From Bacteroidales bacterium (GTDB taxonomy: Bacteria; Bacteroidota; Bacteroidia; Bacteroidales; VadinHA17): a stretch of DNA of 64,000 bases. Both the position numbers and the translations under genes were made by a program. How positions within the stretch are numbered: the stretch's first letter is position 1; each line of letters begins with the position of its first letter. Below are positions 19,901-29,001 of this stretch, one piece after another. The notes under the pieces are model-generated. The model was given only the letters and a program-made list of their open reading frames with translations, was not told where the DNA came from and made no database searches. The DNA lies in contig JBBQZN010000004.1 of NCBI GenBank assembly GCA_038207725.1, positions 2,625 to 66,624 of the forward strand. Direction: 5' to 3'.

Positions 19901-20388
19901 ATAACTCATTTGTGCTCAATTCATATTTCATAAACGATTTTGACAACTACAGGAGAGGAAAACTTGTTTACAGCCTTGCTGATTTGTCTGAAGGAAGTCA
20001 TACTCTTACAATAAAAGCCTGGGACACATACAACAATTCCTCTGAGGAATCACTGATCTTTTTAGTTGAAACTGACACTAAGTTCTTTCTTAAAAACCTG
20101 ATGAACTTTCCCAATCCTTTTGTTAATGAGACAAAAATCACGGCTGAACACAACAGACCTGATTCTGATCTTGATGTTACCATTAATATATACAGTTTCG
20201 ATGGGAGACTGATTAAAATACTGAAAACAAGTGTCCCCGCATCCGGTTATTCGCTTCCTCCGCTTGAGTGGGATGGCAATGACAACGGCGGAAAAAGAGC
20301 CGGAAGAGGAATTTACCCGTATACAGTTACTGTTATAACAAAAGAAGGTGAAACAGCCCGAAGATCAGGTCGATTGATCATTTTGTGA
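16975..20388 (+). CDS. porU: Type IX secretion system sortase PorU (C25/gingipain-like C-terminal signal peptidase)
   Basis: About 1137 aa. Caspase-like His/Cys segments YLGHGGENG and FITATCEFSRFD. C-terminal T9SS sorting domain (NFPNPF...IYSFDGRLI...WDGND...GIYPY). Immediately upstream of porV. The ATG at 16975 is preferred over the TTG at 16963. Confidence 0.85.
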   Translation: MNRLFQIQVIFMILFSSSLAAAEAKDIYVTSSVLSTGKWYKMGLVTDGIYRIDYTKLVQMGLENPANPKIYANNQGQLSYYNNDKDPDDLREVPLFISAGTDGIFNEGDYLLFYGKATHRWQFNYITREFDFLRHNYSDSAFYFITSGGTQGKIVSAAINPVQPSTYNSSESDALFYHEIEGINYIKSGREWFQKINNLNLNPGFTNLIISEKIKYKIRVGARASGNALFKLYEGTTLRKTIQVPGTNLYDDTGIQFQITDSAGTLTASSSSPVFELKYSGTGGNGLTDGFLDYFRLQGRRSNSFTGNTTFLTDSRSVAPDRITTFSINSTVNDVKIWDISNPLNCTEIQFSRNGNNLTFNAATDSLKTFLVFSAANALLPALKPSPVVNQNLHASPSADMIILVHPLFLSYAQKLAEIHFASNGLISLIVTPEQIYNEYSGGIADIAALRNFIRMKYTKQLNSDHPLKYLLLFGDGSYDNKALPPNNPNFIPTWQSQNSNIVVSSFMSDDFYGLLEDGEGESTGTEDIGIGRFPVSDTVQAGIMIGKIKSYINPSSMGDWRNIVCITADDEDGNTHMSDAEGLSSVLRDSVPSINVDKIYLDAFKQNTTVAGQTYPDVNKAINNRINTGCLIFNYLGHGGENGLAHEAILKQDDINSWKNKQKLPLFITATCEFSRFDDIYVNITGEKTDKPSAGELVLRTKEGGAIALMSTTRVVYSAPNYFLNKNIYNTAFKLDASGNPLALGDIIRIAKNKSGNGSNKRNFSLLGDPALILAYPQHGNLITDSINGIPVNASIDTLKALSLVTVSGHITDLNGNLKSSFNGVVSPIVYDKASRIKTLANDGGIVMEFQERNSIIFSGKTMAKNGRFRFSFIVPRDIDYAFGNGKISYYASNEIDDINGYFGNVIVGGFSENEVSDNSGPEIRLFMNDTLFRNGGITDKNPRLLAIIEDKGGVNTTGAGIGHDLTGYLDNDRNNSFVLNSYFINDFDNYRRGKLVYSLADLSEGSHTLTIKAWDTYNNSSEESLIFLVETDTKFFLKNLMNFPNPFVNETKITAEHNRPDSDLDVTINIYSFDGRLIKILKTSVPASGYSLPPLEWDGNDNGGKRAGRGIYPYTVTVITKEGETARRSGRLIIL

Positions 20389-20456
20389 TAGTTATGCAAT
20401 ATTATGGCTGAATAATTGTTTTATATTTGTAAAGTTTGAGACAGATAAACCGGAAA

Positions 20457-21626
20457 ATGGAGAAAAAGATAATAATAATTTTGCTGCTGGCATCATTTAC
20501 AGGGACTTCATCGCTATTTGCCCAGGCAAGTACAGGTGAATTGAATGCTATACAGACTGTTGTTCCGTTTCTGACAATTGCTCCTGACTCAAGGGCAGGT
20601 GCAATGGGCGACGCAGGGGTAGCAACTTCTCCTGATGTTTTCAGCATGCACTGGAATCCTGCCAAATTTGCTTTTATCGATGGCGAAGGCGGGGCAGGAA
20701 TATCTTATTCCCCATGGTTAAGAAACCTTGTTCCTGATATCAACATTGCCTACCTCACCGGGTACAAGAGGCTCGACTCTAAACAGGTTCTGAGTGGAAG
20801 TCTTATCTATTCGTCGCTGGGAGAAATACCTTTTACCGATGAGTTTGGTAACCCATTGATTATTTTCAGGGCCAACGAATTTGCCCTCGATGCCGCCTAT
20901 TCGAGGCTCTTTTCCGATAATCTTTCAGGTGCCATTGCCTTCAGATTCATTTATTCCAATCTCACAGGCTCACAACCTTCAGGAGGTGAAGACACAAAAC
21001 CGGGGACCTCATTTGCTGCTGATCTTTCGGCTTTTTATCAGAAGGAAATTGATCTGGGAACCAAGGACGGACTGCTTGCATTCGGATTGAATTTTTCCAA
21101 TATAGGATCAAAAATGAGTTATTCCGATTCTCAGACAGCTGATTTCATCCCGATGAATATGAGAGTTGGAAGTGCAGGTACCGTTAACCTTGATAACTAT
21201 AACAAAATAACAGTTACAATTGATATTAACAAACTGCTTGTTCCCACACCTCCCATATACAATACTTCAATGGAAATCGTAAAGGGAAAAGATCCTAACG
21301 TTGCGGTTCCCGTTGCTATCTTCCAGTCGTTCTTCGATGCGCCCGGCGGCTTCAAGGAAGAACTTCATGAACTTACCTACTCATACGGACTCGAATACTG
21401 GTACAACAATCAGTTTGCAATAAGGGGTGGATATTTTCAGGAAAATGAAACAAAAGGGAACAGAAAATATTTTACAACAGGAGCAGGATTCAGACTAAAT
21501 GTCTTTACCCTCGACTTCTCATACCTGATGCCGCTCGCACAGAATCATCCACTTGCGCGAACTCTCAGGTTTTCACTTGCATTCGATTTTAATGCTTTAA
21601 GAAACGCAAGCAGGGTAAAGACATGA
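20457..21626 (+). CDS. porV: Type IX secretion outer-membrane protein PorV (LptO)
   Basis: Signal peptide, then VVPFLTIAPDSRAGAMGDAGVATSPD...WNPAKFAF, typical of PorV. FadL-like barrel size. Conserved porU-porV adjacency. Confidence 0.85.
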   Translation: MEKKIIIILLLASFTGTSSLFAQASTGELNAIQTVVPFLTIAPDSRAGAMGDAGVATSPDVFSMHWNPAKFAFIDGEGGAGISYSPWLRNLVPDINIAYLTGYKRLDSKQVLSGSLIYSSLGEIPFTDEFGNPLIIFRANEFALDAAYSRLFSDNLSGAIAFRFIYSNLTGSQPSGGEDTKPGTSFAADLSAFYQKEIDLGTKDGLLAFGLNFSNIGSKMSYSDSQTADFIPMNMRVGSAGTVNLDNYNKITVTIDINKLLVPTPPIYNTSMEIVKGKDPNVAVPVAIFQSFFDAPGGFKEELHELTYSYGLEYWYNNQFAIRGGYFQENETKGNRKYFTTGAGFRLNVFTLDFSYLMPLAQNHPLARTLRFSLAFDFNALRNASRVKT

Positions 21627-22099
21627 AGATCCGAATAGGTCAGGGCATCGATTTTCACCGACTTCAAAGTGGTCTTGATCTCTGGCTTGGGGGTGTGAGT
21701 ATTCCATCTGAAAAAGGTTGTGTGGCTCACTCCGACGGTGATGTGCTCATTCATGCAATTTGTGATGCAATGCTTGGTGCAGCCGGACTCAGGGATATTG
21801 GTTACTATTTCCCCGACACCAATGCTGAATTCAAAGGAATAGACAGTAAAATACTCCTAAAAAAAACCTGCTCAATTATCAGTGAATCAGGATATAGTGT
21901 TGTTAATATCGACTGCACTGTTTGCCTTGAAAAACCTAAGATTGCTTCATTTGTACCTGAGATGAAAAGTACTATTGCATCAATAGTTTCAGTTGATCCG
22001 GGGGATGTAGCCGTCAAAGCAACAACAACAGAAAAGCTTGGATTCGCAGGCAGAGAAGAAGGTATTATGGCAATGGCAGTTGTTCTGCTTTCAAAATAG
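21623..22099 (+). CDS. ispF: 2-C-methyl-D-erythritol 2,4-cyclodiphosphate synthase
   Basis: RIGQGIDFHRL, HSDGDVLIHAICDAMLGA, DIGYYFPD. ATGA overlap with the porV stop. Confidence 0.92.
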   Translation: MKIRIGQGIDFHRLQSGLDLWLGGVSIPSEKGCVAHSDGDVLIHAICDAMLGAAGLRDIGYYFPDTNAEFKGIDSKILLKKTCSIISESGYSVVNIDCTVCLEKPKIASFVPEMKSTIASIVSVDPGDVAVKATTTEKLGFAGREEGIMAMAVVLLSK

Positions 22100-22130
22100 T
22101 TGGTATACCCGGTATTTTATCTCCTGAACA

Positions 22131-22496
22131 ATGGAAAAGACAACTCTGGTACTCGGAGCAAGCACAAATCCCGACAGATTTTCATTCAAAGCAATAAAAA
22201 GTCTGCAGAGAAGGGAAGTTCCGGTTATTGCTATTGGCAGAAGAGATGCTGTTATAGGTGATCTAAGGATAATTAAAGGGATGCCCGAAAATACAGTTCC
22301 CATACATACTGTCACCTTATATCTCAGTGCAAAAAATCAGAAAGAGTATTATAATTATATATTGTCGCTGAATCCTGTCAGAATAATTTTCAATCCGGGA
22401 ACAACCAATCCTGAACTTGCTGAAATGGCAAGATTAAAAGGTATTGAGATAATAAACGATTGCATGCTTGTGATGATTAATACTGGCAGGTTCTAG
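22131..22496 (+). CDS. CoA-binding domain protein (YccU-like)
   Basis: VLGASTNPDRFSFKAIKSL, about 120 aa Rossmann-like. Confidence 0.65.
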   Translation: MEKTTLVLGASTNPDRFSFKAIKSLQRREVPVIAIGRRDAVIGDLRIIKGMPENTVPIHTVTLYLSAKNQKEYYNYILSLNPVRIIFNPGTTNPELAEMARLKGIEIINDCMLVMINTGRF

Positions 22497-22528
22497 TAAG
22501 GAAACAGGGCGCTGAGTCAGCTTTTAAA

Positions 22529-24538
22529 TTACTCAAAAGCTTTCTCAATAATATCCTCATCGGCAATAAACGGAATTGTAACTTTTAAACCGGGTGTTCT
22601 GGCCATTTCTCTCTCAATAGCAAAAAGAGCTTCTTTATTTCTCGCCCAGCTGCGGCGCGCAATTCCATTATTTACATCCCAGTGAAGCATCATTTTAAGT
22701 CTTTTGTCAGTTTCCTCACTCCCGTCAAGCACCATTCCGAAGCCCCCGTTAATTACCTCTCCCCATCCCACTCCACCACCATTGTGAAGCGATACCCATG
22801 TTGCACCACGGAACGAATCGCCAATCACATTTTGAACTGCCATGTCAGCTGTAAATTTCGACCCATCGTAAATATTTGAAGTCTCCCTGAAAGGAGAATC
22901 AGTACCTGATACATCATGATGATCGCGGCCAATAACAACTGGTGCCGATATTTGACCGTCTGCAATTGCTTTATTGAATGCAGCAGCTAATAACATCCTG
23001 CCTTCAGCATCGGCATATAAAATTCGTGCCTGAGAGCCCACAACAAGTTTGTTTTTATTCGCCTCTTTTATCCAATGGATATTATCGGCCATTTGTTGTT
23101 TTATTTCTTTTGGTGATTCTTCTGAAAGCTTTGTAAGCACCTCGGCTGCAATAACATCGCTCTTATCAAGATCATCAGGTTCGTTTGAACAGCAAACCCA
23201 TCTGAATGGTCCGAAACCGTAATCAAAACATAATGGTCCCATAATATCCTGTACATAGGAAGGATACCTGAACTCCCCATCCTGTTTTAAAACTGCCGCC
23301 CCTGCCCTGGAGGCTTCAAGCAGAAAAGCATTTCCATAATCGAAAAAATATGTGCCCCTCGATGTATGAATATTAATAGCCTCAACTTGTCTCCTGAGCG
23401 ATGCCTTCACCTTTTCCGTGAATTTATCAGGCTCAGTGCTCATCATCCGGTTTGATTCTTCAAATGACTGACCGGCAGGATAATAACCACCCGACCATGG
23501 ATTATGTAGTGAGGTCTGATCAGACCCAAGGTCAATTTTAATATTTTCTACAGCGAACTTTTCCCAGACATCAACAATATTTCCATGGTAGGCAATTGAA
23601 ACTACCTCACATTTATTCCTGGCAACACGTACTCTTGCAACAAGAGCATCAATATCTGTAAAAACCTCATCAACCCATCCTTGTGAATGACGGGTGTGAA
23701 TAGCCTTCATATTTACTTCAGCAATAACAGAGATAACACCAGCAATCAGGCCTGCCTTGGGCTGAGCTCCCGACATCCCTCCCAGTCCGGAGGAAACAAA
23801 TACTTTTCCTTCAAGTCCTTCATCACGCTTACTTGTCATACGCCCGGCATTCAGTATTGTGATAGCAGTCCCGTGAACAATTCCCTGTGGTCCTATATAC
23901 ATGTATGACCCTGCAGTCATCTGACCATACTGCGATACGCCAAGTGCATTGAATTTCTCCCAGTGATCCGGGGATGAATAATTGGGGATAACCATTCCGT
24001 TGCTTACAACCACCCTTGGTGCACCGGGATGTGAAGGAAATAATCCCATCGGATGGCCTGAATACACAGCAAGAGTCTGATCATCAGTCATCTCCGACAA
24101 ATACTTCATTGTAAGCCGGTACTGAGCCCAGTTCTGAAATACAGCGCCATTACCGCCATAAGTAATTAGTTCATGAGGATGCTGGGCAACATTATTATCG
24201 AGATTGTTGGAAATCATAAGCATTATTGCAGCTGCATTGCGCGATCTGCAAGGGAAATCATCAATGTGACGGGCCTTTATTTCGTAATCAGGACGAAAAC
24301 GGTACATGTAAATTCGTCCGTAGTTCTTAAGCTCGTTAGCAAACTCAGTTGCCAGTACTTTATGAAATTTTCCCGGAAAGTATCTGAGAGCATTTTTCAA
24401 TGCCAGCTTTTTTTCCTCCCTGCTGAGGATATCCTTTCTAGCCGGAGCATGGTTAATGTTGAGATCATAAGGTTTTACTTCCGGGAGTTCTGCAGGTATA
24501 CCTTCAGAAATCTGCTTTTTGAATTCACCTGTGTTCAT
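22529..24538 (-). CDS. hutU: Urocanate hydratase (long form)
   Basis: 669 aa, collinear with urocanase: ITYGGNGAVFQNW, GLGGMSGAQP, GSDQTSLHNP, GVGWGE. Confidence 0.88.
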   Translation of the reverse strand: MNTGEFKKQISEGIPAELPEVKPYDLNINHAPARKDILSREEKKLALKNALRYFPGKFHKVLATEFANELKNYGRIYMYRFRPDYEIKARHIDDFPCRSRNAAAIMLMISNNLDNNVAQHPHELITYGGNGAVFQNWAQYRLTMKYLSEMTDDQTLAVYSGHPMGLFPSHPGAPRVVVSNGMVIPNYSSPDHWEKFNALGVSQYGQMTAGSYMYIGPQGIVHGTAITILNAGRMTSKRDEGLEGKVFVSSGLGGMSGAQPKAGLIAGVISVIAEVNMKAIHTRHSQGWVDEVFTDIDALVARVRVARNKCEVVSIAYHGNIVDVWEKFAVENIKIDLGSDQTSLHNPWSGGYYPAGQSFEESNRMMSTEPDKFTEKVKASLRRQVEAINIHTSRGTYFFDYGNAFLLEASRAGAAVLKQDGEFRYPSYVQDIMGPLCFDYGFGPFRWVCCSNEPDDLDKSDVIAAEVLTKLSEESPKEIKQQMADNIHWIKEANKNKLVVGSQARILYADAEGRMLLAAAFNKAIADGQISAPVVIGRDHHDVSGTDSPFRETSNIYDGSKFTADMAVQNVIGDSFRGATWVSLHNGGGVGWGEVINGGFGMVLDGSEETDKRLKMMLHWDVNNGIARRSWARNKEALFAIEREMARTPGLKVTIPFIADEDIIEKAFE

Positions 24539-24573
24539 TGAGTATGAGTAAGGTTGTAAAGTTAGCTAAAATC

Positions 24574-24604
24574 AAAAAGCTGACCCGTAATGAGTCAGCT
24601 TTCT
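24574..24604 (-). terminator. Terminator after the Zn-ribbon gene, upstream of hutU
   Basis: 9-bp stem aaagctgac/gtcagcttt with a 9-nt loop and U-rich flank on the minus strand. Confidence 0.6.
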
Positions 24605-24622
24605 TTATAATTATAGCCTCTG

Positions 24623-25387
24623 TTACAGATGGCCCTCTTTTATTATTTCATCATCAACAAGAATCCTTCCGCAGTATTCACATACAATGACTTTCTTTCT
24701 CGATTTGATATCAAGCTGCCTCTGTGGGGGAATCTGGTTAAAACATCCGCCGCAGGCATCTCTCTGAACGGGAACTACAGCAAGACCGTTACGTGCATTT
24801 GACCTTATTCTTTTATAAGCTGTAAGAAGCCTCTCCTCAATAATTGTTTCAACCTTTTCAGATTTCTTGTAGAGCCCCTCTTCTTCTTTCTGTGTATCTG
24901 ATATGATCTCATCAAGTTCGGACTTCTTGTTTTCAAGATCTGTTTTACGTTCGCTAAGAGTTAGCTCAGAGTCAGCAATTACTGCATTTTTCTCACCAAT
25001 GAGAAAATTGAACTCTTTGATTTTCTTATTGAATAATTCTATCTCGAGATTCTGGTATTCAATTTCCTTTGAAAGAGAATCAAATTCCCTGTTATTTCTT
25101 ACATTTTTCTGCTGTTCTTCATATTTTTTTATGAGCGTTTCAGCATCAGTTATCTCGTTATTCTTCTTGGAGACCGATTTTTCAAGGTTAACTACTTCCT
25201 CTTTAAGGTTACCCAACCTTGTCTCAAGTCCTGCTATTTCATCTTCAAGATCCTGAACTTCCAGTGGCAGTTCACCTCTGAGTGTTTTAATCTTATCTAT
25301 CTCTGAATCAACTAATTGCAAACCATACAACGCTCTTAGTCTCTCTTCTACAGAAATTTCAGATTCATGTGCTTTTGTTTTTTCCAT
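24623..25387 (-). CDS. Coiled-coil C4 zinc-ribbon protein (DUF164/COG1579)
   Basis: Long heptad-rich coiled coil, then CGGCFNQIPPQ...CEYCGRIL. Lies 2 nt downstream of the Nif3 gene, which is a conserved pairing. Confidence 0.75.
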   Translation of the reverse strand: MEKTKAHESEISVEERLRALYGLQLVDSEIDKIKTLRGELPLEVQDLEDEIAGLETRLGNLKEEVVNLEKSVSKKNNEITDAETLIKKYEEQQKNVRNNREFDSLSKEIEYQNLEIELFNKKIKEFNFLIGEKNAVIADSELTLSERKTDLENKKSELDEIISDTQKEEEGLYKKSEKVETIIEERLLTAYKRIRSNARNGLAVVPVQRDACGGCFNQIPPQRQLDIKSRKKVIVCEYCGRILVDDEIIKEGHL

Positions 25388-25389
25388 TG

Positions 25390-26484
25390 TTACAAATAAT
25401 TTATCGGATTCGTATTTGTTTCTGAAAACCGGACTGCAAATTTAGGAAATTTTTTAATAATCAGATCGTTTAAAATTTCTGTTGCAAATTTTTCCGTCTC
25501 AAAATGCCCGGCGTCAACCATGACAATCACCTTTTCAGCATCAGAAAAATTATGATATTTAACATCGGCAGTGATAAATGCATCGGCGCCTGAAGAGATA
25601 GCAAGTCCCAGAAGAGAAGCTCCTGAACCTCCGCAGAGTGCAACCTTTTTAATTTCCTTTCCTGCTGATCTTGAAAATCGTATGCCTTTTGCATCAAATA
25701 CTTCACAGACAAGATTAAGAAATTCATTTTCAGTCAGAGGATTCACCAGTTCCCCAATGCAACCCATTCCAATTTCAATATTGTCATTTTCAAGGCTGTA
25801 AAGATCGTACGCCACCTCTTCATAGGGATGTGCTGAAAGAAGTGCTTTTATTACTTTCTCTTTAAGGTGGGAGAATAAAATAGTTTCAAACCTTACTTCC
25901 TGCTGAGTATGAAGTTTGCCTTTATCACCTGTAAAAGGGCTGGTGAATTCATTTCCTCTGAATGTTCCCTTTCCATCAACTGTAAAACCACACTGATCAT
26001 AGTTCCCAATAAGGCCTGCTCCGGCGTTGAAAATTGCTTCCTTTACTTTTTCGATATGTGATTCGGGAACAAAAGTAACAAGCTTGATAAGCTTTTCACT
26101 GAGAGGACTTAGAACCCTGACATTAACCAGGCTAAGCTTTTCCGCCATCTTTCTGCTAACACCTCCCGAAATTACATCGAGGTTAGTATGTGCTGAATAG
26201 ATTGCAATATCCTGTTTGATCGCATTAAGTACAATTCGTTCGGTGCTAGTAAGGCCTGTCAGTTTTTTCAGTCCGTGAAAAATTACAGGATGATGTGAAA
26301 TAAGAATATTACATCCTTTACGAACTGCCTCATCTATTACCTCTTCAGTAACATCGAGTGTTACCATGGCTGAATTAATCTCCATTTCGGGATCACCTAC
26401 CTGAAGTCCTGAATTATCGTAACTCTCCTGAAAAGATAATGGAACTGCCGAATCGAGATATGATGTAAGTTCTTTTAGTTTCAT
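25390..26484 (-). CDS. Nif3-like dinuclear metal centre protein
   Basis: ISHHPVIF; 364-aa form with a central insertion; C-terminal GHFETE. Confidence 0.8.
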   Translation of the reverse strand: MKLKELTSYLDSAVPLSFQESYDNSGLQVGDPEMEINSAMVTLDVTEEVIDEAVRKGCNILISHHPVIFHGLKKLTGLTSTERIVLNAIKQDIAIYSAHTNLDVISGGVSRKMAEKLSLVNVRVLSPLSEKLIKLVTFVPESHIEKVKEAIFNAGAGLIGNYDQCGFTVDGKGTFRGNEFTSPFTGDKGKLHTQQEVRFETILFSHLKEKVIKALLSAHPYEEVAYDLYSLENDNIEIGMGCIGELVNPLTENEFLNLVCEVFDAKGIRFSRSAGKEIKKVALCGGSGASLLGLAISSGADAFITADVKYHNFSDAEKVIVMVDAGHFETEKFATEILNDLIIKKFPKFAVRFSETNTNPINYL

Positions 26485-26820
26485 CTATATTCCATCCCTG
26501 ATTTCGAGAAGCATCGATTTGATTTTAATTAGCGATTCATTGATCTCATACTTAAAATCTGTCTCTTCCCACTTACCTGTTAGCTTCTTTTTGGCACCCG
26601 ACAGAGTCATCCCCTCATCTTTAAGAAGGTGATGTATTATTTTGAGATTTTTAATATCTGCCTGAGTGAAGAGTCTGTTTCCCTTCTTATTCTTCATGGG
26701 TTTCAGCACCTCAAATTCATTTTCCCAAAAGCGAACTGTCGATACAGGAACTTCAAGCATTTCAGCCACTTCCCCGATTGAATAATAGAGTTTTTCTACC
26801 CTTTTTTCTTTATACGGCAT
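26485..26820 (-). CDS. MerR family transcriptional regulator
   Basis: HTH YSIGEVAEMLEVPVSTVRFWENEF; 111 aa. Abuts the Nif3 start with no gap. Confidence 0.8.
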   Translation of the reverse strand: MPYKEKRVEKLYYSIGEVAEMLEVPVSTVRFWENEFEVLKPMKNKKGNRLFTQADIKNLKIIHHLLKDEGMTLSGAKKKLTGKWEETDFKYEINESLIKIKSMLLEIRDGI

Positions 26821-26884
26821 AAGTTTTTTTATATCGATTCAAATACTGTTAATTAAATAACACTGCCGGACTGATCAATAAAAA

Positions 26885-27856
26885 TTAATCGAATGACTGG
26901 CCGGTTTTTAAGGCAATCTCGATCAACCTCACATATTCTTCCGGAGTTAGGTCATTAAAGTAATAATTTACAGGATCAACATTTTTCCCGTTTATCTTTA
27001 TCTCATAATGCAAGTGTGGAGCAAGTGACATTCCTGTATTGCCAACATATCCAATTACATCTCCCCTCTTCACTTTCTGTCCCACCCTTACATTGAAGCC
27101 TTCCATATGTCCATAGATACTTGTATAGCCGAAACCGTGATCAATGATTATATGATTGCCAAGGCCTCTCTTATCAGGTTTCACAGCCGCTATTACACCA
27201 TCTCCTGTTGAGTAAATATTTGTACCGGAGGGAGCAGTAAAATCCATGCCGGCATGGAATTTTGTGATTTTATAGAAAGGATGAATTCTTAAACCATATC
27301 CCGAAGCAGTACGTGTCAGATCCTTATTATATATAGGTAGAATTGCTGGAATGCATCTGAGCATATCTTCCTTTTTGAGTGCCAGTTCAATGAGGTCATC
27401 AAACGATCTGGATTGTACATAAACTCTTTTGCGGATCTTATCAAGGCGTTCTGAGGTTTCGATTACTAGTTTTGAATTTGTGTAACCCTCCAGTGATTTA
27501 TAACGATTCACACCACCCTCACCTCCACCTCTGAGAGTTGAAGGAATTGGTTCAGCTTCAAAGATTGTCCGGTAAAGATTATCATCGGTTTTCTGAAGTC
27601 CGGCAAGCACGTTTTCAATATTTCCCATCTCTCTCTGGATAAGGTCATATTGAATTGTCATCTGTTCAATTTCGCGTTCAAGAGCTTTTTCTTTGGGAGA
27701 ATCGAAGAAAGCAGCGAAAATAACCCAGTAAACTGTTGCCACAATAAGAGAACCTGTAAAATAAGCAAGAAGCCTGAATAACAAGGCCTTAATACCCATG
27801 CTTACTCTGTCGAAGCTGAGGGAATCAGGATTAAATTTATATTTTGTACGGGGCAT
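26885..27856 (-). CDS. M23 family metallopeptidase, membrane-anchored
   Basis: TM helix and coiled coil, then HAGMDFTAPSGTNIY, IIDHGFGYTSIYGHM, GNTGMSLAPHLHYEI. The ATG at 27856 (MPRTKYKF) aligns with the paralog's N-terminus. Confidence 0.85.
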   Translation of the reverse strand: MPRTKYKFNPDSLSFDRVSMGIKALLFRLLAYFTGSLIVATVYWVIFAAFFDSPKEKALEREIEQMTIQYDLIQREMGNIENVLAGLQKTDDNLYRTIFEAEPIPSTLRGGGEGGVNRYKSLEGYTNSKLVIETSERLDKIRKRVYVQSRSFDDLIELALKKEDMLRCIPAILPIYNKDLTRTASGYGLRIHPFYKITKFHAGMDFTAPSGTNIYSTGDGVIAAVKPDKRGLGNHIIIDHGFGYTSIYGHMEGFNVRVGQKVKRGDVIGYVGNTGMSLAPHLHYEIKINGKNVDPVNYYFNDLTPEEYVRLIEIALKTGQSFD

Positions 27857-27933
27857 AACAAGGCAAAGATAATCAAATCTCAAAAACTAATGAAATGATG
27901 AATATATCGAAAAATGTTCCTGGTTAAGAGGTT

Positions 27934-28902
27934 TTATCTGAAGGTAGAGTCAGAACTGAAGGTAACTATCATTTCCTCAAATTCCTCAGGAGTCATATCG
28001 TCATTAAAAAACCAGATAGGATTCTTATGCTGTCCAAACTGCTTTATCTCATAATGCAGATGCGGACCTGATGAAGTACCTGTGTTTCCGCTAAAGGCAA
28101 TTTTATCACCCCTTTTTACATTTTGCCCTTTTGACACCCTCATGCTGCTGAGATGACCGTAAATAGTCTGAAGTCCGTATCCATGATCTATCGCAACGAA
28201 ATTTCCCAGCCCTCCATTATTATAACCTGATTCAATAACAACACCATCTCCGGTTGCATAAACATCAGTGCCGTATGGAACCGAGAAATCCTGTCCATAA
28301 TGCATCCTGGGAGTACCAAGCACAGGATGAACCTCACGAAATCTATAACCATCGCCGCGTCTGAAGTTAACATTCACCGGGCTTATACTGGGCTGATGAT
28401 CCATCTCCCTCTGCCACTCGGCTGTTTTTTCAATGAGATAATTAAATGATTCCGCCTGAACGGTGGATAGATTCTTTATCTCCTCAATTTTTGATCTGAA
28501 AGAAACAAGAAAGCCTGAGTTTATATATCCTGATAGGTCTCTGAAGCGGTCCACACCACCATATCCTGCCTGCCTGTATGTAGCAGGAAGCGTATCAAGG
28601 TCAAGAATAGGACGGTATCTTCTGTCGTCCGATACTCTTAAACTATTCAGCTCCTCCATTGATCTGTCAAGCTGGCGCCCCATAAGTGAATAATGAAGCT
28701 TCATATTTTCAATCTCCTGTGTAAGCATTTGTTCCTTGGGAGAACCGAAAATATTTTCAAATACTGTTCCGTATAAAAGAGCAATCGCAACCGAACAGGC
28801 TAGCCACATAAACCCGCGCAAAAGTTTCGCTTTCCATGGTAATCTTATCCGCTTATATTGCAGATCAGATAAATCAAGTACATATTTACGGTTACGTAAC
28901 AA
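27934..28902 (-). CDS. M23 family metallopeptidase, membrane-anchored (paralog)
   Basis: Same layout: HYGQDFSVPYGTDVY, AIDHGYGLQTIYGHL, GNTGTSSGPHLHYEI. TTG start, with no in-frame ATG before the TM helix. Confidence 0.8.
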   Translation of the reverse strand: MLRNRKYVLDLSDLQYKRIRLPWKAKLLRGFMWLACSVAIALLYGTVFENIFGSPKEQMLTQEIENMKLHYSLMGRQLDRSMEELNSLRVSDDRRYRPILDLDTLPATYRQAGYGGVDRFRDLSGYINSGFLVSFRSKIEEIKNLSTVQAESFNYLIEKTAEWQREMDHQPSISPVNVNFRRGDGYRFREVHPVLGTPRMHYGQDFSVPYGTDVYATGDGVVIESGYNNGGLGNFVAIDHGYGLQTIYGHLSSMRVSKGQNVKRGDKIAFSGNTGTSSGPHLHYEIKQFGQHKNPIWFFNDDMTPEEFEEMIVTFSSDSTFR

Positions 28903-29001
28903 TAAGCAAGAGATTTATGAAAATTTACTTTGGTAATCGACAAATCTAAAGCAAATAAATTAATTTTACAAACCAAAATCAAGGTAAATTAATATAACAA
29001 T

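Noticed and set aside
22529-24538. Histidine-utilisation operon
   Set aside because: Only hutU is present. No hutH, hutI or hutG lies adjacent, and the gene is flanked by a terminator and a convergent gene.
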